Virus record (IMG/VR): IMGVR_UViG_3300045988_161046 | Span: 32,001-96,000 of that record | DNA: 64,000 bases | Direction: 5' to 3' (one strand) | DNA from: a virus | Shown: in pieces, positions 16,896 through 25,903 of the stretch | Layout: the number at the start of each line of letters is the position of its first letter | Numbering within the stretch: position 1 is the first letter of the stretch | Made by a program: the position numbers and the translations under genes | The notes under the pieces: generated by a model | What the model saw: the letters and a program-made list of their open reading frames with translations, nothing else | What the model was told of the DNA's origin: nothing | Databases searched by the model: none

Positions 16896-17268
16896 TTCGT
16901 GCATAAACGCCAATTTTATGAAACTCCAACGTCGTGTGGTTATCAGGATAACTACAGTCCTCAAACATAACCCAATAACCTTGCTTGTCCAGGAATATCT
17001 GACCGATTGAGCTTGCAAAGTCCTTTGGTTCGCCTGCCAATCTATTGCATATTATCCTAGTCAAGTCTTTATAAGGCTGTCTTTGTTCGTCTATGATACG
17101 GAAAGAGTATATATTCTTATCTCTTCCGGTAATCGTCAGCGTGGTTATTAACCCTTCGATCGTTCCAACTCTTTTGTATGTATCACCCTTACACTCCAAA
17201 GACTCACCATTATCAAACAATCGTCTTGCAAGAAACGTTGTCGTATTGCTACAAATAATCTCAGACAT
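16876..17268 (-). CDS. hypothetical protein
   Basis: 130-aa ORF. Confidence 0.45.
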   Translation of the reverse strand: MSEIICSNTTTFLARRLFDNGESLECKGDTYKRVGTIEGLITTLTITGRDKNIYSFRIIDEQRQPYKDLTRIICNRLAGEPKDFASSIGQIFLDKQGYWVMFEDCSYPDNHTTLEFHKIGVYARNEKAPT

Positions 17269-17309
17269 AATTATTCCGCTTAACCGTGATGCGCCTAGGG
17301 CTGAAATGA

Positions 17310-17840
17310 TTATTCCTTAAAATTTACACCTTTGAGCGGATCATTATCACCGCTGTTCTCAATCCTGATGCCTTCCGGCTTTTCCAGAAGGAGTTTTCTC
17401 GTAGCCTCCAGCATCATAATGGTGTGGATGGTGGCCTGTCTTGCGTGATAATCTGAGCCGGCATCATCCACATACTGCTTATTCATGCGGACCAACGTGT
17501 TCAGGAAGTCAGCGCACTCCTCGCGGCTCGGATTCTTCACGTGAACCTCGCAGGTAACAGCCTTCATGAAGTACTCCATACCCTTCTTCAATAAGGTTCT
17601 TATTCTGCCCGTATCAGGGTGCTGTCCTATCATCTGGTGAATCTTGATTCTCAGGCTGCACCCATGGCGAGGGAAACCGATGCGGTAATCATCGCCTACC
17701 TCCTCCTTTTCCTCGTCGATGTAATCTACCTTTGCGATAAAACCGCAATCCTTATCAGTGCAGACAAGGAAGTCGCACTCACCACGCTTGTGATTTCGCA
17801 GCGTGTCTATAATAAACAGGGGAATTTCTCTTTTTGCCAT
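17310..17840 (-). CDS. hypothetical protein
   Basis: 176-aa ORF. Confidence 0.5.
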   Translation of the reverse strand: MAKREIPLFIIDTLRNHKRGECDFLVCTDKDCGFIAKVDYIDEEKEEVGDDYRIGFPRHGCSLRIKIHQMIGQHPDTGRIRTLLKKGMEYFMKAVTCEVHVKNPSREECADFLNTLVRMNKQYVDDAGSDYHARQATIHTIMMLEATRKLLLEKPEGIRIENSGDNDPLKGVNFKE

Positions 17841-17853
17841 ATCTCCAAGTATT

Positions 17854-18078
17854 TTATGATTCTTTGTACAGCTGACAGTACAGCTCTGATCTCATGCGCT
17901 TGATATAGAAGACCACTTCGCCGGGTGCTGGCTGATAGTCTGATTTTACAAACATTGCATTTTCGCCATCTGTGGCTACATACTTTTCCATCCCGTAAGT
18001 ATTCTTAGGGATGCTACCCTCATAGTAGCTTTTAGCTACAGAGGATAGCTGCAAAGGTGATAATATCATTTTTTCCAT
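17854..18078 (-). CDS. hypothetical protein
   Basis: 74-aa ORF, tightly spaced. Confidence 0.4.
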   Translation of the reverse strand: MEKMILSPLQLSSVAKSYYEGSIPKNTYGMEKYVATDGENAMFVKSDYQPAPGEVVFYIKRMRSELYCQLYKES

Positions 18079-18082
18079 ATTC

Positions 18083-18307
18083 TTATAAATCTATATTAGT
18101 ACCAGGAAGACCGAACCATTCTGGATAAAGCTTTTCTATCGGATCTCCCTCGCCCCAATTATTCAACATATTAATATCATTGTCGCAGTAAATATCCCAA
18201 CCTTTTTCACGAAGGTAAGTTTTTACATGTTTCTTAGATGTTGCTGTAATGTGCATATACGCACGGCTTGCGTGATTATATACAGAGTAAGTTCTAATTC
18301 TTGCCAT
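18083..18307 (-). CDS. hypothetical protein
   Basis: 74-aa ORF, tightly spaced. Confidence 0.4.
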   Translation of the reverse strand: MARIRTYSVYNHASRAYMHITATSKKHVKTYLREKGWDIYCDNDINMLNNWGEGDPIEKLYPEWFGLPGTNIDL

Positions 18308-18327
18308 AATCTATAAATCTTTAAACG

Positions 18328-18933
18328 TTAAAAAATAAGCGAAAAACGCTGCTTAACATCGAGTTCAAACTTTTCCTTGCTCACAGGATCGATGTCAGCA
18401 TGCTCGTCGCACCAAAATTCCCAAGCCTCGAAAGCTTCATCTTCATCGTCAAAACCATCAAAACTGAATGATGTAACACTCTTAGATGTTGATACTTCGA
18501 TGTTGGCAGGGTAGAACTTAATTCCGTGAATGCGGGTAAGACCTTTCTTGTTGACTGCATAGTCTTTGATGTCCTCGGAATTGTCGATGTATGAAGGAAT
18601 CTTGTCATACACATAAGCCTGATAAAGCGCCTCAATCTCCTCCTCGTTGCAGTCTTCGAGTTCCTTTACTCGCCAGGTACCGTAATCGTTGTCGTAATCA
18701 ATCTGGCCAGTCTCATCCTCGATATTGTCGCGACCTTCCAAAAGAACATTACCAGCACGATCAAGAAGCTGCCACTGCTCATTAGGAAGCGGATTGCCGT
18801 CGATGTCGGTATCATTGATGATGTCATCCTCTCTGATAACGTCAGCCAATGATTGTACGCTAGGTACGAAAATAATTTTTCTACCGTTGAGGTTCTTGAT
18901 GTTAAAAGCTACGATAATCTTATCTGTTGTCAT
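18328..18933 (-). CDS. hypothetical, strongly acidic protein
   Basis: 201 aa, D/E-rich throughout; first gene after an N20 promoter. Confidence 0.5.
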   Translation of the reverse strand: MTTDKIIVAFNIKNLNGRKIIFVPSVQSLADVIREDDIINDTDIDGNPLPNEQWQLLDRAGNVLLEGRDNIEDETGQIDYDNDYGTWRVKELEDCNEEEIEALYQAYVYDKIPSYIDNSEDIKDYAVNKKGLTRIHGIKFYPANIEVSTSKSVTSFSFDGFDDEDEAFEAWEFWCDEHADIDPVSKEKFELDVKQRFSLIF

Positions 18934-19024
18934 ATTTCTCTGCTCATGCCCTTGAGACTTATTTGGCTATCTGGCACAGCCTGTTATTATTATTGTTGTT
19001 ATTATCTTCTTGTTTTATCTGATG

Positions 19025-19056
19025 CAAAGGTACTAATAATTTTTGAAACTACCAAA
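19025..19056 (-). promoter_or_regulatory. canonical TTTG-N20-TACCTTTG promoter
   Basis: Minus strand TTTGGTAGTTTCAAAAATTATTAGTACCTTTG; the -33 block TTTGGTAGTTTC is shared with 27275-27306. Confidence 0.5.
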
Positions 19057-19225
19057 TAAAATGCACTTTAATTGCATATTTAGGTGCGTTTTTAACGTTT
19101 TATTACGTTTCTAATGCTCAATACCCCGTTTATCAGTCATTTGTTCGCCGTGAAGTGTCGATCCTCACATCTTCTATAGATGTTGCCAGCCGTGGCAGCG
19201 ATAAGCAAAGGCAAGGTGGTTAAGG

Positions 19226-19255
19226 CTTTTTTACCTTTTTACCCTTTTACCTTTA
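19226..19255 (-). repeat. A-rich GGTAAAAG junction repeat
   Basis: Minus strand TAAAGGTAAAAGGGTAAAAAGGTAAAAAAG in a 540-nt ORF-free gap. Confidence 0.65.
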
Positions 19256-19473
19256 AAAATCTGCTGCTATCCTCACGGACCGCAGACAGCTGAGTTAAAC
19301 TAAAACAAATGCGAACGCCTTCGCACATAAACATTTAATTTTTAAAGTTATTTAAAAGAATAATTGCACCCCGCCGTGGTGTCGCTCCACCTTTTGCCGG
19401 TCTGCCGGACGGGGTAGGGGAAGGCTCTCAGGCTTCCCCTGATATGATTGATTTTGCATGATGGATAAACATC

Positions 19474-20049
19474 CTATGCCGCATCACCTTGCGCATAGCG
19501 CTTATTGTGGCAGGCCTTATATTCCTCCTCGGTCATACCTTTCTCAGTAAGATAATTCTCCCATTGACCTTCACGGATGTACTCCTCTTTCTTTTCCTCG
19601 AAGGTATGAGGAGCGAAGCTCTCAGCAACGTAATAAGCCTCACATCGCAGTTCGATGCCATCGCCTATCCACTGTCCTGATAATAGACGGTTCTCCTCGT
19701 CCGGGTCTTCCTCATCCTCCTCCATCTGCTCATCGAAATGCTCGATAGCGTATTTAATTATCGTGCGGATGTCCTTCGCCCATGAGCTGGTATCGTCAGG
19801 GCTGATATTGCATTCCTGCAGTACCATATTCACCAGCTCGTCGATACCCTTGCGACTCTTGATGTATGCGTTGTGATAGAAGTCGAAAGGGATGATGTGA
19901 TCCAACTTCCAGTCCTTCTCCTCATTGACCGATGGTCGGCCGTATGCCTTGCGGCTCTCTTCTGTTACCTGCACTTCTTCTACATTCTCAATAACGTTCA
20001 TACCGTTCTCTTTATTATTCTTTGCTTCCATAATTTCTAAATTTTTCAT
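19474..20049 (-). CDS. hypothetical acidic protein
   Basis: 191-aa ORF. Confidence 0.5.
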   Translation of the reverse strand: MKNLEIMEAKNNKENGMNVIENVEEVQVTEESRKAYGRPSVNEEKDWKLDHIIPFDFYHNAYIKSRKGIDELVNMVLQECNISPDDTSSWAKDIRTIIKYAIEHFDEQMEEDEEDPDEENRLLSGQWIGDGIELRCEAYYVAESFAPHTFEEKKEEYIREGQWENYLTEKGMTEEEYKACHNKRYAQGDAA

Positions 20050-20097
20050 GTTGTTATAAATATTGTGATTGATATATTGCCCTATAATTTGGGAGAT

Positions 20098-20421
20098 TTA
20101 GAAATCTCCCTCCATATAGACTTCGCCCTCCTGGGAGTAATCGCGATATAATTTCTTCGTGATAGTCATTCCAGATGTTTCTATCTTCCTAGGGATGATT
20201 AATCGGGAATCAATATCGCAATCATCGCAGAACACCCACAGGTCGGAATCTTTTTCCTTTTCGTACACCAGTATGCCCGCCGTTTTTCTGAAGGCTCTGG
20301 CAGCCGTGCCCATGCCACACCTGATTACTACCATATCTTCCTCGGTTGACCACCAGCCTACAGCCACCGGCTTCACTACCTTGTTGCCGATAGTCAATAT
20401 ATAAGTATATTCTTTTCTCAT
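20098..20421 (-). CDS. hypothetical protein
   Basis: Trimmed to Met-16 so that the conserved leader (20441-20452) lies upstream. Confidence 0.45.
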   Translation of the reverse strand: MRKEYTYILTIGNKVVKPVAVGWWSTEEDMVVIRCGMGTAARAFRKTAGILVYEKEKDSDLWVFCDDCDIDSRLIIPRKIETSGMTITKKLYRDYSQEGEVYMEGDF

Positions 20422-20426
20422 AACTT

Positions 20427-20783
20427 CTAATTTTTTACACGTTCTATAATATTCGTATAATACCACACTACTGCCTGCGCCATCGCATCTTTCAATGCCT
20501 CCAGATACTTGTCGATAGCTGCCGGCGTATCGGTATTGATATGCTTATCTGGATATTTGTCGCCCTGGTCGCCACTGCCCAGATGGATGATGCAGAAGGA
20601 GCGGTCCGTGTCGTGGGTAGCTACCATACCACGGCGCTTGCAAAGTGACACTACCTTGTCGAAATATTGTGGCTCGAAGGTGATTACCTGGAGCACACTC
20701 CAGGGATATTCCTGGGCAGTCAGCAGGATTTTGCCCTGCTGCTGCGAAATAGCGAAATTATATATAACCGATGATTTCTTCAT
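20427..20783 (-). CDS. hypothetical protein
   Basis: 118-aa ORF with the conserved leader. Confidence 0.45.
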   Translation of the reverse strand: MKKSSVIYNFAISQQQGKILLTAQEYPWSVLQVITFEPQYFDKVVSLCKRRGMVATHDTDRSFCIIHLGSGDQGDKYPDKHINTDTPAAIDKYLEALKDAMAQAVVWYYTNIIERVKN

Positions 20784-20845
20784 TTTCTATCTGTTCTATA
20801 ATGAGTGATTTCTAATTTTTCCGATGGGCAATAATAGGGCAGCGC

Positions 20846-21484
20846 TCAGGCTGCCTTATTATTGCCAGGGTATGTGATAAACTCGGAGATGCTCATCTGC
20901 TCGAAGATGTTGTAATAAGCCATTATTTCCAGGCGATCATCGCCGTTCTTAGCCCCGATTTCAGCCTTCACTATATAATACAGCATGTAGGCAAGATAGG
21001 CTTCCTGACAGTCGCTCGTATGGTTAAATAAGGCTGCACGGTTCCAGTCTTTAATATCATTACTCAGAAAGGACCAGAACCCATCGCTGGAAGAGTGATT
21101 TTCCTTGATCCAGACGGCTATCTCTTCACGGTGATTTCTTACCTTTGCTATAATTGCCTTCTTTGCCTCGCTAGATAACCCGATTTTAACCTGGATGGTA
21201 TCGGTGCTGAAATTATAAGCCAGTGGGTGCTGAACACCTACGAAGGATAATTTAATATCTTTGCAAACATACTGCTGGAGCCAGCGTTCCCACTGCTTGG
21301 TGTATGCCTCGCAAACTGCCTTCTGGTAACTGTCTTCATTGAAGGTGAAATCCTCATCCTCTACAACTTCGTTCCGGTACTCGTAATCTGATACCTCAAA
21401 AGAAGAATCCCAGATAGTCTGATACAAGCCTTCGAAGCTTACCAGGTCGATGTTTGATACATCTAATTTCTTTTTCTTTTCCAT
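20846..21484 (-). CDS. hypothetical protein
   Basis: 212-aa ORF with the conserved leader. Confidence 0.5.
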   Translation of the reverse strand: MEKKKKLDVSNIDLVSFEGLYQTIWDSSFEVSDYEYRNEVVEDEDFTFNEDSYQKAVCEAYTKQWERWLQQYVCKDIKLSFVGVQHPLAYNFSTDTIQVKIGLSSEAKKAIIAKVRNHREEIAVWIKENHSSSDGFWSFLSNDIKDWNRAALFNHTSDCQEAYLAYMLYYIVKAEIGAKNGDDRLEIMAYYNIFEQMSISEFITYPGNNKAA

Positions 21485-21541
21485 AACCTTAAAATTTTAA
21501 ATGTTCTATAATATGTTATTTTTCTTTATTCCCAGGGAATC

Positions 21542-22249
21542 CTACTTTTGAGGATTCCCTGATACGATACGCACGCTATAATAAGGCGTACTGAAAGGGT
21601 ATCTTACTTCGTTAACGAAGTACTCGACAGACGGTGTACTCATTGCCAGGGTATCCTGGCAAATTACCCGTCCATTCATACCATGCACCATCATGTTAAG
21701 TGCACACATTTTACATACCAGCGGATCTGAGTCTTGAGCAATATACTGGAATGGTCGCCCAGCTGAATTGTCCAGTTTACTAGCCTCGATAAAATGAGCC
21801 AAGAGGAGTCTGCCACTGCCAGCTGCACAATCATACACCGTGATGCCTTCTATTTTCGTGCTAGTGGCTTCGTTTTTGCCAGAGCCTATAATGGAGCTCA
21901 TCAGGGTAGAAGCACTCTGAGGAGTGAAAAATTGCCCCGTTTTCGATGCCTTGCCAGCGGTTAAATACATATCCTCATACAGCATACCGAAAACGTCGAG
22001 CCACTGGCCGCGGTCCATAGTCTGGCTAACATCATTCAACCAAGCCACAGCCAAAACGCCAAACTTTGGTTTAGCCTGAAGGCGCTTCTGCTGCCAGTTT
22101 TTAAAACCGTCCAGAGTACCGTCAAAAGCCTTCACGCTGAACAGGTCAAGCAGATAGTCACAAAAATCACTGAGCGCCGTTTCGTATGGTCGCCCGTCTG
22201 CCTTCGTCTGCTGGCTCAGATAATCAATATAAAATTTCTTGTTTATCAT
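21542..22249 (-). CDS. N6-adenine methyltransferase-like SAM-binding module that stops at motif IV
   Basis: 'GQFFTPQS' (motif X), 'VYDCAAGSGRLL' (motif I); ends 'IVSGNPQK*' where NPPY/F is expected. Confidence 0.5.
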   Translation of the reverse strand: MINKKFYIDYLSQQTKADGRPYETALSDFCDYLLDLFSVKAFDGTLDGFKNWQQKRLQAKPKFGVLAVAWLNDVSQTMDRGQWLDVFGMLYEDMYLTAGKASKTGQFFTPQSASTLMSSIIGSGKNEATSTKIEGITVYDCAAGSGRLLLAHFIEASKLDNSAGRPFQYIAQDSDPLVCKMCALNMMVHGMNGRVICQDTLAMSTPSVEYFVNEVRYPFSTPYYSVRIVSGNPQK

Positions 22250-22337
22250 AAATCCTCAAAAATTTAAACGTTCTATAATAAGTAATATTTCACTCGTTCT
22301 ATAAACAGATGCCCTGGATAGTCTCCAGGGCTAGCTG

Positions 22338-23162
22338 CTAGCATTCCCAGACGTGACTAACAAGCGGGTATTTTTCCAGGTCGTGTTCACGTGCCCAGCT
22401 TTTTATTGTACCGTCGGTTTTTATCAATTCATGAAATGCAGCCTCAATTTTGCGTACCTGTTCCACGTACTTTGCATAATGTTTGATACTTTCTTTATAT
22501 TTGGCTATATCCTGTCTTTTATCCAAGATATACCCGTCGATCACCCCCAGGGCTTTTTCTGCCTCCATACGGTCGCCCGTGGTCCATTCCCACGCCTCAT
22601 ATATCTTAGAGCATGCAGTAGGATAGAGTGTAATACCTGGAGCATACTCCCCGTATGAATTAATCGCAAACATAAACAGGCAGTCTTCACAAAAGCTACA
22701 ATTAAAGCCCGTCGCCTTCGTTGCAGCGTCCAGGAAGCGCTTATTTATCACTTTGCCGTCGAAGGTACTGCAAACGTCCTTAAGCGCCTTCAGGGCTATA
22801 ATTTCTTTATTTGTGCGGTCCACGAGTTTATCGACGTGTTCGCGGTACTTTCTTACTTCCTCGTTTTTCTTGCGCCGCTGCCAGGCCTTCACGGCGTTCT
22901 GGTAATCTTTTTTCGTGCCTATAATATAATTTTTTGGCTTATCTCGTTCAATAAAGCCACGGCGCATGCAAAACTCATTTCTCAGGATTCCATACTCTTT
23001 CGCGTTTTCTTCACTGCTGAAGGTTTTTGATGTTGGGACAGAAAGAGTATCATAAAACCACAGGAAAACATCTCCTGAGTCTTCAGACAAAACGCCCAGG
23101 CGGTCCGCGATATTCACGATATTTTCTTTCTCTAAATTATTTAAATCTATCTTTGTTTCCAT
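22338..23162 (-). CDS. hypothetical protein
   Basis: 274-aa ORF with the conserved leader. Confidence 0.5.
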   Translation of the reverse strand: METKIDLNNLEKENIVNIADRLGVLSEDSGDVFLWFYDTLSVPTSKTFSSEENAKEYGILRNEFCMRRGFIERDKPKNYIIGTKKDYQNAVKAWQRRKKNEEVRKYREHVDKLVDRTNKEIIALKALKDVCSTFDGKVINKRFLDAATKATGFNCSFCEDCLFMFAINSYGEYAPGITLYPTACSKIYEAWEWTTGDRMEAEKALGVIDGYILDKRQDIAKYKESIKHYAKYVEQVRKIEAAFHELIKTDGTIKSWAREHDLEKYPLVSHVWEC

Positions 23163-23212
23163 AATTCCTCAAAATTTAAATTGTTCTATAATATAGTGAT
23201 ATTTTACACGTT

Positions 23213-23593
23213 TTATAATTTAAAGCCTTCCTTCTCGAAATCTGAAACGAACTCTTCACGAATCGAAGTCCACACCTGAATATTACGCCTTTTATAGGTG
23301 CAATCAAATTCAACCTCAGTGCGCGCCTTAAAAACAAGGCCTATTTGTTCCGCTCCTTCGTCGGTATCTCGATACATACCTGTAGCGGTTTTAATGCCGT
23401 TTTTGGTCAAATCGACACACCATTCACGGCTTAAAATCTCGCTGAATGCCTGGCACGCCTCCTTCAGGTTTTCTGCCTGGATCTCGCTGTGCTGATTTCT
23501 TATATCGATCCAAAAATCAGCTCTCTTAATATTACCTTCTTTGTCATATGATTCTGAAGGTGTCACTGTGTAGCAAAAATGAAAAGTCTTCAT
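23213..23593 (-). CDS. hypothetical protein
   Basis: 126-aa ORF with the conserved leader. Confidence 0.5.
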   Translation of the reverse strand: MKTFHFCYTVTPSESYDKEGNIKRADFWIDIRNQHSEIQAENLKEACQAFSEILSREWCVDLTKNGIKTATGMYRDTDEGAEQIGLVFKARTEVEFDCTYKRRNIQVWTSIREEFVSDFEKEGFKL

Positions 23594-23766
23594 AACCTTA
23601 AAAATTTAAATGTTCTATAATATATATTTATTAATTCCTAGTGATATTTTACACCCACTATAAAAGCGGATTTTATCACCTTATTAGAAGGTGCCGGAAG
23701 TCCGCGAACCGCCTGGAGATCTCAAAATCTTTGCACCTTAATGTAAAAGCTTAGAAAAGAATATCA

Positions 23767-24027
23767 TTATAAAGAAATTGATAACAACACACACACCGCC
23801 GCGGTAATTAGATTAATACCTATAATTTGAAGCCCGGTAACTGTCACGCCTTCACCGTCGCTTGCAAAGTAAGTTTCAGGCTTAAAAAGCCACTGCCAGG
23901 CGGCTTTTATAGCCGCAAAGGTACTTTTGTTCAGGCGTGCAAAAAGAAGGGCACACACCGCGAATAAAATGCTTACTAGTTCGGCCGTACCTGGACGGCG
24001 TGAAAAAATGATATTATAATTATTCAT
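23767..24027 (-). CDS. small membrane protein (two hydrophobic helices)
   Basis: 'LVSILFAVCALLFA' and 'IIGINLITAAVCVLLSI'. Confidence 0.5.
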   Translation of the reverse strand: MNNYNIIFSRRPGTAELVSILFAVCALLFARLNKSTFAAIKAAWQWLFKPETYFASDGEGVTVTGLQIIGINLITAAVCVLLSISL

Positions 24028-24126
24028 GATCCTAATATTTTAAATGTTCTATAATAGAGGGTGCCGGCGGGAACGATCCACCGTTTAAGGCCTCAAACCT
24101 TAGCACCCCGAAATCTTTAAATTATA

Positions 24127-24564
24127 TTATAGCGCTGCCATCATAGCAACGGCCGCGTTAACGGTTTTAGCCTGGTTCATGTTTGTGATTTCTGGAGTGT
24201 GATCTTGAACGAATTTCTTTTGTTCAGTACTCAACGCCGCAAAATTAGCCGCGAACGCCTGGACAAACGCCTCCACCTTCTCGTGTTCGTTTTGTGCTAC
24301 TGCCTGGATCTCCAGGCATAAAGGTTCACGCATACTTTTAGGGAATTTATCTACAGCGTGCAAAAGCGCCGTTTCGTACTGGAAAGATTCCCAGGTTCTA
24401 TTTAAATAAGACACGCGGGAATGTTCGTAATATTTACCGCCTCCACTTGCAAAAACATGGTGACAGAAGCCGTTTTTTGTGTTGGTCGTGTCACAAGTAA
24501 AATAAACGTGTTCGCCGTTTACTACAAAATTAAATGTTTTAGTATTATATCTTTTTGTTGCCAT
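24127..24564 (-). CDS. hypothetical protein
   Basis: 145-aa ORF with the conserved leader. Confidence 0.5.
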   Translation of the reverse strand: MATKRYNTKTFNFVVNGEHVYFTCDTTNTKNGFCHHVFASGGGKYYEHSRVSYLNRTWESFQYETALLHAVDKFPKSMREPLCLEIQAVAQNEHEKVEAFVQAFAANFAALSTEQKKFVQDHTPEITNMNQAKTVNAAVAMMAAL

Positions 24565-24627
24565 AATTTTTTAATTTTAAAATGTTCTATAATAAGGGCC
24601 GCCGGAACGGCCCCCGTTAACTATATA

Positions 24628-24996
24628 TTACAGACGGATCTCCTCTAATTTTCCAAGGTCGAAAATTGCAATTTGTTCATTTGCACGACCCGCCTCGATA
24701 GCTTCAGCGCGATTCTCAAAAATCACTGTTGCATCATAATAATAAAAACCGCTTTCGGAATCATACCACCCGCCGAATGCTAAGGTACGGCCGTTTAAAT
24801 CATCTAAAGCCTGTAGTTTCTCAATGACATTTGCCACCTTTGCCAGACCTTCAGCCCCGAAACTGTTTTGGGTCTTCTTTAATGCTACGGCATAGCCTGT
24901 AGTTACAGGCTGCAGAGTTGCAGCGTTAACGGTAAAACCTTCTGGGTTTAAAGCTGCAATTGCAGCAACACTTGAGATAATTAAATTCTTTTTCAT
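24628..24996 (-). CDS. hypothetical protein
   Basis: 122-aa ORF; first gene after the N20 promoter at 25043-25074. Confidence 0.5.
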   Translation of the reverse strand: MKKNLIISSVAAIAALNPEGFTVNAATLQPVTTGYAVALKKTQNSFGAEGLAKVANVIEKLQALDDLNGRTLAFGGWYDSESGFYYYDATVIFENRAEAIEAGRANEQIAIFDLGKLEEIRL

Positions 24997-25042
24997 AACT
25001 TTAATTTTTTAAATGTTTGTACTATGTTTTATTTTTATGCTG

Positions 25043-25074
25043 CAAAAGTAATAATAAAATATTGAACCGCCAAA
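25043..25074 (-). promoter_or_regulatory. canonical TTTG-N20-TACTTTTG promoter
   Basis: Minus strand TTTGGCGGTTCAATATTTTATTATTACTTTTG. Confidence 0.5.
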
Positions 25075-25254
25075 TATTTTGCAAAGAAAATACTTAAAAG
25101 ATAGTATTTTTAACCTTTATTTGCAATAACATGATAGTATCTTTACAAAATAAATACTATTATATGGTTACAAACAAATAATAGCTATTATATTATATTA
25201 TTATATATACCTTATTATATATAGAGAAAGAACAAAAGCAAGAAGAAGGGAAGG

Positions 25255-25705
25255 AAGAGAGAGAACCAGGGCGAAGGATGCCGCCGCCATCTTCGCCCGT
25301 TCCTCGCCTCTCTTCCTGTTCTGTCTGCTGCCCCACCGTCCACACCATCGCCAGCGCTCACCCTCTCGCCACGTCGCACAAGCAGCCAGGGCGAGAGGAA
25401 GGGCGAGCACCTCGTCCGGTTCTGGGCGATACCATCGCCACACCTCGCCACACCTCGCCACCGATTGACCAGCAGCCACAGGGCAGCGCCTCGACGGTCT
25501 GCCATCCTGCCCGCCTCGTCCCCGCCTCTCTTCCAATCCGTCAGATGGTGAGGGTAGGGCAGCGAGCCAGCCAGGGCGGCGATCCTCTCCAGCTCACCCC
25601 GTCGACCCTCTCGCCCGTCCTCGGCAATGTGGAGGGCATATTACAGGGACGACAAAAAGAGGTTAGAGGGGGAAGCTAACCAGTGTGGCGGCGCAGTCTT
25701 CCTTG
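25255..25705. other. GC-rich, strand-skewed non-coding island
   Basis: Plus strand C-rich with many TCGCC units and the direct repeat CGCCACACCT x2; overlapping ORFs on both strands have implausible composition. Confidence 0.6.
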
Positions 25706-25903
25706 CGAATCAAAGTTCTCAGGATAGACCGCACAAATGTATCGCTCTAAATATCAATTATTTAATTTCTCCGCTAGGCTATGCCGTGCAAAGCCGGTGT
25801 AGCGGGGAAATGGTAATTGTACTTAAAGTGTAAAAGATAACTAATTAAAACACAAATAGTTATAGGGGTGAATAAATAATTCGTTTTAGTAGTTTAGGTA
25901 AGA

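Noticed and set aside
16801-17010. 69-aa plus-strand ORF
   Set aside because: It starts at a non-ATG codon, reads straight through a strong terminator hairpin, and overlaps the 3' end of a minus-strand gene.
18328-20049. ArdA-like anti-restriction DNA mimics (the very acidic ORFs 18328..18933 and 19474..20049)
   Set aside because: Acidity alone is not diagnostic and I recognised no ArdA or Ocr motif. I left both as hypothetical acidic proteins.
25201-25679. ORFs 25201..25536, 25215..25505 and 25278..25679 in the GC-rich island
   Set aside because: They overlap one another on both strands, and their R/W/G-rich or P/S-rich composition is what GC-rich non-coding DNA produces. I treated the region as non-coding.
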